This document shows positions 50,448 to 62,841 of a stretch of 64,000 nt of DNA, one piece after another (position 1 is the first letter of the stretch; each line of letters opens with the position of its first letter). Source of the stretch: Octopus sinensis (Eukaryota). Both the position numbers and the translations under genes were made by a program. The notes beneath the pieces were generated by a model that worked only from the letters and a program-made list of their open reading frames with translations, was not told where the DNA came from and searched no databases. Where the stretch lies: contig NC_043003.1 of the NCBI RefSeq assembly GCF_006345805.1, forward strand, positions 76,694,001 through 76,758,000, written 5' to 3'.

Positions 50448-52240
50448 CGATAGTCAAAGTCAAATTACATGAAAATCTCTCTGAGCTACAAGTTAACACG
50501 AAATGCCCTGGATATTACACACTCTTTTTGTTTTCCTTTCTGAAGGTTAGTGAACTGCATGTCACCATAGCCATTGTCTAACATCACCTGCGGACTTACT
50601 GACCACAGAAAAACTGCGGATTCTCTTCTCGAGAAACAAATATCTCACTTCCAATATTTTTAGTTAAGCTACTTTCTACACTGAAATTTTTGTTTGAACA
50701 GTGTTATCAGAGCATATATCAAGTTCTACTATCACCAACATTCACTTCTCATCACATGATTACCAGAAATATAGATTTCCTGTTAATCAGGCTCAAAGTC
50801 TCACCTTCCCTTGTTCTTTTACATTGATTTGCTAATTCAACTCTTCTGCGGTTCAATTCACTCTAGTTCTATATTCTTGATAATTTTCTCACTTAACGCG
50901 CCTCTGCAGTAGTCATCCTCAGTAAATTCAATATTCATATCTCCTCCTCTTAGTTCTATTATTTTTCCCAAACTAATGCAGCTGGTTCGTAAGAGGAATT
51001 TTTTAATTAGTGCAATAGTTATTATCCTTGCATCACACATATCTCTGAGTGCTACATAGCCTTCTCAAACAGAGTACATCTCGTTCTGACTTCCAAACTT
51101 AGTGTTTACCACATGCTACGCTCTCTGTGTTTAGCAGATCGAACGATAATTGCTTAATTTCAGCTAACCACATCATGCGGTATTATTGCTCTCTCTGATC
51201 AATACTCTATTAATACTAGTGTATGTTCGTTTACGTCAACTAGACCTAAACTCCTAAAAATTATTCTTTTCTACTCTAGGCACAACGCCTGAAATTTTAG
51301 GGGCGGATGAAAGGCAAAGTCGACTTCAGTGGAATTTGAACTCAGAACGTAAAGACAGATAAAATGGCTATTTATTTATTGCCCACAAGGGGCTAAACAT
51401 AGAGGGGACAAACAAGGACAGACAGAGGAATTAAGTCGATTACATCGACCCCAGTGCGTAACTGGTACTTATTTAATCCACCCCGAAAGGATGAAAGGCA
51501 AAGTTAACCTCGGCGGAATGTGAACTCAGAACGTAGCGGCAGACGAAATACCGCTAAGCATTTCGCCCGACTTGCTAACGTTTCTGCCAGCAGCGCCGCT
51601 TTTCTCCACAAACATATTGATATGTTTAAGTGTTTTTATAAGAAATCGCGATTCTCCGCATTACCTTTGAGAAATACAGAAGTTTGAAACCATGTTTGTT
51701 TACATCAACTAAAACTAAACTCCTAAAAATTATTGACCTTCTCGTCGACTCAAAAACTGCTCTATTTAAACATACTTGACATTCGTCACCTACGCATTAT
51801 TTACGCAGTTTGGTACATGAGCTTTCTTGATTGCAAATTTAAATTCTGAGGAAAGGTCACTACTATTCTGTAGTTCTATCTCTGATCAACATATCAACGT
51901 TCCAAAGTGATTCTCTTTTCCGTGTATTGAAATTTAGTATTGTTCAGCTGCACTGACATGATTTTCTTTATCAAATAGTAAACAGGTAGGCTGTGTTTCC
52001 AAGACCATCACATTCTCATTAACATTGCTGAAACTGAAGCGGTTGATAATGTTTATAAACACCTACAAGTTTAACGTTTCTGAGAAAAAATATTGTGAGC
52101 GAATCAAATACATTGTGCGCCCCAAAGTTGACCAACGATAATTGATGCCTCACGGAGAATTGAGGAACAGAGAGCCTCAGTACACGATGGAAGGCGATTA
52201 GTATTTCCAAAATTTTTACGCGAATTAGAACAAAAATAGG
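48950..52240 (-). pseudogene. Highly decayed CR1/L2-like LINE interrupted by (CT)n/(TG)n tracts and a SINE
   Basis: Minus strand near 50200-50150 gatgtgatttacgtt..ctttcgaaa.tttgacagc resembles RT DVIY.DFSKAFDSV. L.L.KL..RR-like remnant near 49100. Boundaries uncertain. Confidence 0.4.
51265..51600 (-). mobile_element. SINE family B (head-bearing unit plus partial second unit)
   Basis: Two ggatgaaaggcaaagt..gaactcagaacgta cores; head at 51600. Confidence 0.88.
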
Positions 52241-52292
52241 AGGACGATGTTGTTGTTGTTGTTATTGTCGTCGTCGTTGTTGCTGCTGCTGT

Positions 52293-52344
<52 letters not shown>

Positions 52345-53067
52345 GGTGTTGATGGTGGTGGTGGTGGTGTTGATGGTGGTGGTGGTGGTTGTGGTGGTGT
52401 TGATGGTGGTGGTGTTGGCGATAACGATGATGATGATGATGATGATAATGATGATGTTGCTGCTGCTGCTGTTGTTGTTGTTGTGCTGAAGTCTTTAATT
52501 CTTCTCAGCGGGAGAGCAGCTAATGGATGCAGAATTCAATTTCTGATTTAAGCCAATTTTTTTTACTCTTTTGTTCCCAAATGTCAATAAGAACACTACA
52601 AACATCACACCGACACATTTTTCCCAAGTGTTGTCAAACCTTATACGGAACAGAAAAAAATCAACAGCTAACTCAGAAATTTTAAAATAATTTTATTTCT
52701 ATTCTGTGAATAATAATTACCTCCATTAAGTAAACCACACCAACAGTGCACTTTTAGTTCAGTAGAAGTGACACATTTTTTTTCAAAACACGGGTAAACC
52801 AATGAAAGAAGAGGATATAAATTCTTGTTGATATTCTATAAAATAAGACAAACATGATTTAGGGAAAATAGCCTTGACGATATTGATCTGAGGTTATATA
52901 AGTGACCCATTAAGACGTGGAAGTGTTTGAAAAACACCACAGAGAGAAGAGTACTAAATTACTGCTACTACTACTACTACTACTTGCGCTTCTTTTTCTT
53001 TCTCTTTACTCTTTCCTATTAATCTAAATTCTACCTTGATGATGAATAAGACTGCTGCTGCTACTGA

Positions 53068-53101
<34 letters not shown>

Positions 53102-53919
53102 GGTGGTGGTGGTGGTGGTGGTGGTGGTGGTGGTAGTGGTGGTGGTGTTGATGATGATGACAGCGACGCGTTGGTAATGATTGATGAAAATGACAAAGAT
53201 AATAATGAACGGTGATGATGGTGTTTGATGATAATGAAAGTGATGATGAAGCATGCGATGTATTTGATGAGGAAGATGATGATGTTTTTTTTTCCTGCTA
53301 TTATTGCCCAACATGTATTAATTTCGCCGAAGTTATTTTGATGGCATTGTTGTTGTTCTTATTGTTGTCAATGTTGCTGTTGTTGTTGTTGTTGTAGATG
53401 GAGAATCGAAGCTCCCAATTTCCTGTTGCTTACGACCGAACTCATTGATTGGTCGAACATCCTACTTACAAGAAAAGACGAAGAAGAAGAAGAACGGTGT
53501 GGGCAGTGGGAGAGAAGTTGTTTTTACCACTTCATGTTGATAACATCTAACGAAGTAACTGCGCTTAAAGAACAATGGCAACAGCAGCAGCAGCAACAAT
53601 AACAACAACAACTGTAATACTCAGAGCATCAATATCAAGAACTTCGCCAGTTACATGATCCAGCGCCACCACCACCGCCAACAACAACAACACTATCACC
53701 GCCACCACCACCACCACCACCATCATATTACAGTCATCTACATCGTCACCAACATCACCATCACTACCGCTTTCTCTAGTACAACAACAGTACTGCAAAC
53801 CCGACCAGTAGCGTTCTCTCAAAAGACAGCACCAACAACAACACCCTCGAAGCAACACCAGCATCATCCCTACTAACAACATTAATACTCATACACCATC
53901 ACAATCAACCACAAATGCT

Positions 53920-54146
53920 ACCTATTTCTTTACTGCCCACAAAGGGGCTACACACAGAAGGGTCAGACAAACGGATTAAGTCGATTATATCGACCCCAGT
54001 GCGTAACTAGTACTTATTTAATCGACCCCGAAAGGATGAAAGGCAAAGTCGACCACGGCGGAATTTGAACTCAGAACATAAAGACAGACGAAATACTGCT
54101 ACGCATTTCGCCCGGCGTGATAACGACTCTGCCAGCTCGCCGCCTT
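53920..54146 (-). mobile_element. SINE family B, full monomer
   Basis: Head aaggcggcgagctggcaga through tail gtgggcagtaaagaaataggta on the minus strand. Confidence 0.9.
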
Positions 54147-54534
54147 ACCAACCACAAATGCTCCCACCATCATCATTATCGATAATACTACCAACATACA
54201 CTAATATCAGCTATACCAAGTTCATCAACAACACCGCCAACACCAATACTAGTGTAACGGCACCATCCACAAGAGCACCAACAACAAGGGATAGAACACA
54301 CAACCACCAAATGTGACAGTGACACAACCATCAGCAATAGCAGCAACATGATCCCCGTTAGCACAGCCGCCAACACTGCCGCGACCACCGCCTCCAAATC
54401 GTCGAGCAACAGATACTTCCTTCCATCACCACCAGTTGACATATTCAAGATGCAGACATTTTGCGAAAACAGCAGTAGTAGTAGTAGTAGTAGTAGTAGT
54501 GCTGGTGGTGGTGGTGGTGGTGGTGGTGGTGGTG

Positions 54535-54597
<63 letters not shown>

Positions 54598-54604
54598 GTT
54601 GTGA

Positions 54605-54644
<40 letters not shown>

Positions 54645-54705
54645 GGTGGCGGCGGTGGTGGTGGTGGTGGTGGTGGTGTGGTGGTGGTGGTAGCAGCAGT
54701 AGTAA

Positions 54706-54756
<51 letters not shown>

Positions 54757-54977
54757 CAGCAATTTAGTGTTTTATTAACACTGCTGGTTTCTTATGTAAG
54801 ACAGAGGCAGCTGAGCGGGAAGAGAAATCTGTTCCGAGTATTTCACTGGTATCCTTTCGATCGATGTCAAAACGATGTCTTCAGACTTGAAATCACAGCT
54901 TATTGGAACATAAATAAATGCTGCAAGGCATTTTGGGTTTCCTATCATAACAAAATAAAAATAATAACAACAATCAG

Positions 54978-55374
54978 GAGCTAGTCGATTACAGCGATCC
55001 CAGCTCTCAACTGATACTTGCTTTATCGACTATGAAGGGCGAAAAGGAAATTCGACTTCAGTGGAATTTGTATTCAGAGCATAAAAACGGATGGGATATC
55101 TCAAAGCATTTTGTTCCGCGTGCAAAATAATTCTTCCAGCTCACCGCTCTAGCAATGATAATAATAATACTTTCCAATGGTGGCACACAATGCCTCGAAT
55201 TTGTCGGAAGAAGACTAGTCGATTACACTGGCCTCAGTGTCTCACTGGTACTTAATTTATTGACTCCGAAAGGATGAAAAGCAAACACGAGCTCGGTGGA
55301 ATTTGAACTCAGACGGGTGAAATATCGCTAAGCCTGTCTCCCAGCGGGCTAACGATTCTGCCAGCTCACTGCCT
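54978..55374 (-). mobile_element. Two adjacent older SINE family B monomers (54978-55146 and 55168-55374)
   Basis: Each has ctagtcgattaca, a gaaag-like core, ggaatttg and ccagctcac. Confidence 0.75.
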
Positions 55375-55393
55375 TAATAATAATAATAATAAC

Positions 55394-55511
<118 letters not shown>

Positions 55512-55548
55512 GTGATGACGATGACGATGACGATGATGATGATGATGT

Positions 55549-55594
<46 letters not shown>

Positions 55595-55597
55595 AGT

Positions 55598-56420
55598 AAT
55601 CTTAAAAAAGAGACCGAGAGTACTATACTGGCTGCACAAGACTCACATTAGGCCACGAACAGGTGGGTCAACCTTAGGAATGAGCAAGTCTCTCCACTGT
55701 GCCGCATCTGTAACAGAATGGATGAAACCATTGCCCAACCACTACAAGGTGTGGTGACACGACCAGGTAGCGAAAGTGCTCTATTGGAAACTGTACTAAA
55801 AGTGGGGATTAGAAAGAGGCAAGACGCGTTATGAGCATAAACCCCAAAGAATGATGGAGTCGAAGACTAGCAAACTCCTCTGAGATTTCCCAATCCTAAC
55901 AGATCAGAAGCTAGGGCATTACAGAGCGGACCTCGTAGTGGTAAACACGGTGCACCACATATGCTATATAGTTGGTGCTCTATGCCCATTTGACCCACGA
56001 ATATTCAAAAAGGAAAGCGATACGGTAGATAGATACAACCCTCTTAAGTACGAAATAGCCCGGCTATGGAAAATGGTAAAGGTGAAGACAGTGCCAATTA
56101 TTATGGGTCCTTCGAAACAGTATCAGAAGGCATTTGGAAGGAAAGTAGAATAGAGTGCAGAATAGAACTGTTACAAAATGCTTACCTTCCTAAGGAAGGT
56201 AAGCATTTGAAGAATATGAAGGAAATCGGAATAAAATGCCTTGTAGAACAGTTGCAAAAGTTTTGCTTCCTTGGCACGGCCAGAAATATCAGGTAAGTTT
56301 TAGTTAAATAAAAGAACAAATAGTACGGTACCGTAAGCTGCGGACAGCAAGCGCGCTACGCATGCAAGACTTCAGAGGTTCCAACAAAACCTGAGTTGAA
56401 AAAGAGTAATGAGAATGATA
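55598..56420 (+). pseudogene. R4/Dong-like retrotransposon 3' fragment (zinc knuckle and REL endonuclease)
   Basis: LKKETESTILAAQD; PLCRICNRMDETI; HDQVAKVLYWKL; KLL*DFPILTD...RADLVVV; CPFD..RYNPLKYEIARLWKM..VPIIMG; LGTARNIR*. Begins directly after (TAA)n(TGA)n. Confidence 0.88.
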
Positions 56421-56589
56421 GAAAATAAGAAGAGTGTAACGCGATTTACAATATTTCAACACATGATCTTCTTCAGGTTCATATTAACATGTATGCATAT
56501 GTATATATCAACATGCATGTATAAGTTTGTTTCAATATTATTATCGTCATGAATTACGTAATCATACACGTTTTTCACAAGCGAATACT

Positions 56590-56765
56590 CGTACGTTGTG
56601 GCATGATGTGTACATAAACTATTGCATAATAAGTTAGAAACGCTGATCTTCAGGGGAATATTGTTTTTCAGTTCAGCACTACATCCCAGCATAAGTTGGT
56701 TCACAGTGCGAAGACAGAGCTGTATATCAAGTAAAGAGAAAATTCTTTTTATAGCAATTAACAAA
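56590..56765 (-). repeat. Diverged inverted homolog of 61800-61975
   Basis: The reverse complement aattgctataaa..tgtcttcgcactgt..atgtagtgctgaactgaa..ttatgcaat aligns with 61802-61935. Confidence 0.75.
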
Positions 56766-57394
56766 GTAGCGAGCTTGTATTTTAGTATTACCAGAAAAAA
56801 TAAACAGAACTTTAGAAGGCTAACTATACTGTAGACTCCATGTCTAAGAGGAAAAGAAGGTCAACTATGTAAGCTGTCATATTTGAAAAACATTTCTTAG
56901 TTAACAATGATAAATAGTTTAGTAGGCAATTATAGTAGGAGCTGAGACATTGTTAACGAAAAGCAACCGTACATACACGTTCGCACACAAAGATGCGCTA
57001 ACACAAGTACAAATAAATATAACTTTTTATATTTACACACACACATACACACACAAACACACACATGTACGTATATATATATCTGTGTGTATATACATAC
57101 ATACATACACGCACATATAAACACATTCTTATCAACATACGCATATACAAGAAAGGCTGAGTCTGCTCAAATACGTACATATATCTATACTTATTCACAT
57201 CAATTTCTACATAGATGACAATGATACACAGACGAACCCAACTTCAAGTAAAACATCCTGATGCAATTTCTGAGATGATAATCTATTCAGATTTAAATAA
57301 AATTAAGATGTGGTTACTGATTTAGTTATTAGAAAGTGAGGTGTCTCCTTAGTTATATATCGCTGGTGATACTTAGAAATCTATATTCAAAAGT

Positions 57395-57604
57395 TCTTTC
57401 TACTATAGACATAAGGCCTGAAATTTGATGGGGGCGAGCATAGTCAATAACATCGACTCCAGTACATAAATGGTAGATATTCTATTGGCGCCGAAAAGAT
57501 GAAAGATCGTCGATCTCAGCAGAATTAAAACCCAAGACATGAAGACTGATGAAATGCTGCTAAGCATTTTTACAGCATGCTAAATATTCTGCCAGCCTAC
57601 TGTC
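57395..57604 (-). mobile_element. SINE family B monomer, degenerate
   Basis: ttctttctactatag, catcgactccagtac, gaaaagatgaaag, gctaagcattt, ttctgccagc. Confidence 0.7.
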
Positions 57605-57707
57605 TTAAATGATGATGACGATGATGATGATGATGATGATGGTGATGTCGACGACGACGACTATGATGATGATGATGATGATGTAATAATAATAATAATA
57701 ATAATAA

Positions 57708-57761
<54 letters not shown>

Positions 57762-57787
57762 CTGCAACAGCAGCAGCAGTAGTAGTA

Positions 57788-57842
<55 letters not shown>

Positions 57843-57999
57843 TAATAACTTCTTTTATTTGCCACCAGGGCAAAGGATGAGGGGGACAATATAAAGACAG
57901 ATATAAAGTGTGTGGGTTTACATGTAACGGCATAAATTAGAAGGGACATATACATAGTATGCGACACTAGAAAAAGAGGGAAAAAAGTTATAGTGATGG

Positions 58000-59652
58000 G
58001 GTCCCTCTGATACAGGAGGACCTCTAGGGATTATCCAGGTACCCCGCCATCCAAGATCATTGTGGATACCAGGTACGATACCAACTTATTTCTTCCGGCT
58101 CACAGGTCTACACTGAGAGTAATACCACCCACTCTTGCCATTTTCGCAACTTTCACCCACCTCTTCATAAATCCACTCGATCATATCACCTCGCTCTCCA
58201 CCCTCACTTTCATTTCAAGTGAAACTTGAAAAAGTCGATGAAGGCTTTACCAAAGAGAAATGTTTCTATCCTCTTTTGCCACAACCACCAAGCAAAGGAA
58301 ACCTGCCCTGCCAGCCTGATTAAAGGAGGGCGGCGGAGCATCTTCCAAGAGGCTGCGAAAGAAATCTGGCATGAAAACATAGAATTTATGGGGTAATCGC
58401 TCATCGCCTCCCCTATTTCAGAGGCTGTAATCGGTTTTTCGCAGAATCTCGCGTCCGTCAACGAGGTACGAAGGAAGTTCGCTACCGTCGTCGACCCATC
58501 ACCCTCCTCAAACAGACGCGCTAAGCGCTGCTGGAAAGCCACACACAACTGCTTGAAATCGAGTAGCATGCGTTCGTCCTGATCATGGTTTTGTTTCCAA
58601 GTCGAGTCTCTACTGTTCGGGCCCATGGGATGGTTTTAGTTCCTTCTTGTTTTAGCGCACGAACCTTAGCCGTGACAATGCACCCTTCGTGTTTCGTCTC
58701 AAAGAAATGGTCAAGGGCCATTCTCGTCGCTAACACGACGGTCGCAATGCCTTTAGTAATAGCCTTTTCTAGTTTGCTAATTAGTTCTCCCTCTAATCTA
58801 TTTCTTTCTGTTGCTAAATCTTTGCTATCGATTTTACTCTAATCGCTACCTTTAGAGTAATCCCGTCAACTGCCGCTTAACTAGTTTGCTAATTCGGTCC
58901 GCTGTAGTGTTTGCGAGCCGGTAAGGACGCATTCAACTTCTAGTAACTGTTCCCTGTCTACGGTTCCTATCTAAATCGACTGAGCATATAAAAAATTTGT
59001 GATCTGTGTAACCAATCAATTTAGATTGTGGGCAACCTAGGCTATCTCTATCATCTAACCTAACAAATACTCTAAGTACGATCTGGATGATTCGCTGTGT
59101 TTGATCCATGTCCACACGGCTACGTCAGAAAGCTGGAAAGTCCTGGGCAGGTATTCGAGGATTTTACACCCCTTTCTAATATGTTCTAAACCCACAAAGT
59201 CTTTCCGTGCACCCAAAATACTATTCCAATCCCCCATTATCACTAAACTGCGAAACTTTCCCAAAAGTGTTTCTATACGCCTGAAGAAATCTGGCCCTCC
59301 AGTCCCTGTTGAGGCATAGACCGACACCTGTCTAAAAGCGCCACCTTTGCTGCCATTCACGTCCAGGTTCACCACCCTACCAACCGGGTCCAGGAAGATA
59401 GCACGTACCTGGATATCTAAGGATTTCCGAAGCAGCACTGCAAAACCGCCATCCGCTCCCGATAAACCACAAGATGAGAAAACCCAAATAGTCCTCGAAA
59501 ATGGATGTTAGGACGTGTTTTCCGGAGATCCTTGTTTCGCTAATGGCAGCCACATACAAATCAAGTGACCTGAGATCATCGAGCAATTGACCATGCTTTG
59601 AATCTGATCCCAGACGACACACGTTGATGCACCCCATTCTCAGCACGACCAT
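58000..59652 (-). pseudogene. Tx1/L1-like ORF2: APE endonuclease, linker and C-terminus, frameshifted
   Basis: MGCINV.RL, VAAISETR, GRVVNLDV, VSVYA, LVIMGDWN, WTW....SRSYLE, IGYTDHK, EKPITASEIGEAM. Confidence 0.88.
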
Positions 59653-60473
59653 GCTAATTGGAGAAAAAAATGAGGAGGTTACTTACCTTGATTTTCGAGA
59701 AGCCCGGAAGTTCTGAGCCTCTCTACAGGCGAATTCTTTTTCAAAAGGACCTTCCAACAGTATTTTATTAACAAATTTTTTTAAATCCTCACTCTCCCTG
59801 GGAATTTTTATAAATGTCTGAAGATGTTTTAATTAAGTGTCTGCCTTTTGGAGGTCTTGAGGATGAAATCTTCAAATTCCTCCCCTTCTGTCTCTATTTT
59901 GTTTTTGTTTTGTCTTACAAAATCTATCAATTCACTGTTATACTTGTTCACAACAGAGCAATTGATGGGTACATTTCGTCTACCGTCTGATGAATATTTT
60001 TGAAGTTCTCTAATTGGTTGTTTCTGTGTTTTTGTGATTTTGTGGATGATGTTGCTGTTTTTGAAGTTGTTGATCTTGTTCTTGTTGTTTTGGTTGGAGT
60101 GGTTGTGATTTGTGTTGCAGTTGTGGTTTCAGAATAAGTTTCTGTTGATTTCTTGGAGTAGGGTCGTGTGTTCTCCTCTTTCACTTACACCCTTTTGTCA
60201 CTATGATTCATTGATCGTTCAGCTCTTCTTTCTCCATGTATCTGCAGTTGATGTTGGTTTGGAAGGAAGAACATTCAGGAGAAACTTGCTTTTCCGTGGC
60301 AACCGGGGGAAGACTCCTTCTTTGTCTTTGTTTGGGAGTGCGTGTGAGCGTGAGCGAGTGTGTGGGATTAGGTGCAGGAGTCTTGAGCACTTGTTTATGA
60401 TTTTGCACTTGTGGAGTTTGTAATGTTGGCAGCAGTGCGACTTTATTTTCCTCGATTCAAGGCAGAAAGCCTT

Positions 60474-60800
60474 TCAGTGATTTACAGATCCACATATGTG
60501 ACATCTTGGCTTTCTACCCTCCACAAAACTGACAGGTGAGTACCATTCGTGAGATCGATTAGATAGGACAGATGGTCGATATGGTCCTGCTTGCATTGTA
60601 ATGTCAATTCCATACCTATACCAGTTTTGCTTAGGTAGTTTCTTCACCTCCAGTATTATGAGATCATTTTCATCTACACTTATCAAGACGGCCGCTATTA
60701 ACCAGATAATGGATATATCTGGCGGCACATTCAGCACCCTAATCTTGGTGAGGCGTTGGCACATTATTACTTGCAGAATCCGACAAGGAACGTCACAGAA
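60474..60800 (-). pseudogene. Tx1-like ORF1 (gag-like, CCHC knuckle) remnant
   Basis: TKIRVLNVPPDI and VEGRKPRCHICGSVNH, followed downstream by a Thr/Lys-rich low-complexity region. Confidence 0.75.
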
Positions 60801-60829
60801 TATTGGATGTAGTAACCAGAGCAAGTGAG

Positions 60830-61520
60830 AAGTTTCTGTTCATAAATTGCAAGGAGACACAGGGTATCGTGGTGACAAAGAAAGGAAGTCCAAAGGGCAT
60901 GCTGAAAGGGAACACTCAAATCATTAAGTCGGTATCATCCTTCAACTACCTTGATGCAAAGACATGTGAAAGAAATCAAAAGACGAATAGTGCAGGCAAA
61001 ATCTACATTCTCGAAATTATATATCATCTTTAATAACCGTACTCTGAGTATCAATACCAAGATCCGTATATTGAGCTGTTATGTCTACCCTATGTTAATG
61101 CATGGAAGTGAAGCATGGTTTGTTATATCAGGAATGAGAAGGTGCTTGGAGAGCTGTGAAATATGGTTCGTAAGGAGTATATTGAGGTTATCTGGGACGA
61201 AAAAAGTGTCTAATGAAGAGGTGATGATCCGGGCTGCGCTAAATAAGAAACTTCTTTGTGAGATAAGGGCCAAATAACTGAGATTTCTCGCTCATGTAAT
61301 GAGGAAAGAGAGTCTGGAGAATTTGGCGATGACCGAAAAGATTGAAGGGAGAGAAGGAGCAGAGAAAGAAGGATGATATGGATGTCAAGATTGACGAACT
61401 GGTTGGAAGAAAGAAGCATTAAACATCTAAAAATGTAACTGTTACAGTAAACAAAGAACAGAGAATCGTAATAGGACATGATTGCCTATGTCCTACATCC
61501 TGGACATAGCATCACAAGGA
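60830..61520 (+). pseudogene. RTE-clade LINE 3' fragment
   Basis: VSSFNYL; KEIKRRI.QAK..F; TKIRIL.CYVYP.L..GSEAW; LESCEIWF.R.ILR.S.T.KVSNEEV; LRFLAHVMRKESLENL.MT.KIEG. Confidence 0.88.
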
Positions 61521-61799
61521 GGTTGTTTATTACTTTATGTAGACAAGGGTATTTTTATCGATGTTTTCAAGATGTTTGATTAACTAAAAGATAGCAGGGC
61601 CTCGCTCTCCTGCTTGCAGTATATTTCGGGTAACTAATTTGCGTTTCCTATTAAAATATGCAGAGCTTTAGTAGGGTGCAGTCATATACTTCCTTATTTA
61701 CAGTATTGCTGCGATGACCAATAATTGTTCATATTTAGTGTTTGAAGAGTTAAGGTGAAATATATTAATATTTAGTCTAGTTGAATTGCCCTCACTTCC

Positions 61800-61975
61800 A
61801 AAATTGCAATAAATATATTTCCTCTTTAGTTTATATGCTATCGTGTCTTCGTACTGTCAATCAAATTATGTTTGTATGTAGTACTGAACTGAATTACAAT
61901 TTAACATCCGTCGTTTCAGTCCTATTATGCAATCATTTACGTAAACGATTATCACATAACATAATGATATTCATT
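61800..61975 (+). repeat. Diverged inverted homolog of 56590-56765
   Basis: See 56590-56765. The track ORFs at both sites share CLRTVNQ.M..CS.EL. Confidence 0.75.
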
Positions 61976-62506
61976 AGCGTTTGCCTATAATGTAAGATTT
62001 CGGAGTTTATAATGTTGTCATGTATACACTTAGATAAACTCTCCTGCTTTATTCTGATTTCTTATTTACAGCTAACCTACTGACCAAGCCTTACTTACCC
62101 TTCTCACCCAACTAATGTCAACAGTAATTAACAGAAATATCTTGTGCATATCATATACGCATGCGTAATGTTCACAAAGCTTTGTGTCAGATACTACATG
62201 TCATAACTACGAGTATTGTTTCTAGTGTTTATGTGTGTGTGTATGTGAGCGACAGAGAAAGAATGAGTGTGTGTGCGTGTGTGTGTGTGAGTTTGCGTGA
62301 TCATGTATGCGTGCGTATGCATGTTTAAGTTAACTTTTAGTGTGGTTGGGTTTATTTTTCCCTCATATATGTGGTTTTGTTTATCGTAAATTCTGATGCT
62401 TGTACGCTTGTGTTTCTCTTCCCAACCTTCTTTCTTTCTCTCTCTTCCTCACACACACACGCACACTCTCTAACTCTCTCTCACTCACTCGCTATCTCAT
62501 TCTCTT

Positions 62507-62553
<47 letters not shown>

Positions 62554-62807
62554 ATATATATATTCGTGTATATGTGCGTGTGCGAGTGTTCATATGTGCT
62601 TACTGCAGCTATTAATTTGTGTGGGTTTACGCGTATGCGCTTGGCGGTTACATATAGGAATAGAGCTTAAATGTAAGAGACTGAGTATTTGAAGATATGT
62701 ACGTGTGTGTGTATACATACAAACATACATACATACATACATACAAACAAACGTACATAGATACATACATATACACACACACACACATATATATATATAT
62801 ATTATAT

Positions 62808-62841
<34 letters not shown>

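Larger units (their letters stand above)
57848..60810 (-). mobile_element. Tx1/L1-clade LINE, decayed, with most of the RT domain deleted
   Basis: ORF1 remnant with a zinc knuckle, ORF2 with an N-terminal APE endonuclease, a C-terminal remnant (FIDFFKFHLK*KVRVE..KRWV), and a 3' end running into (TTA)n/(CTA)n on the minus strand. Confidence 0.85.
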
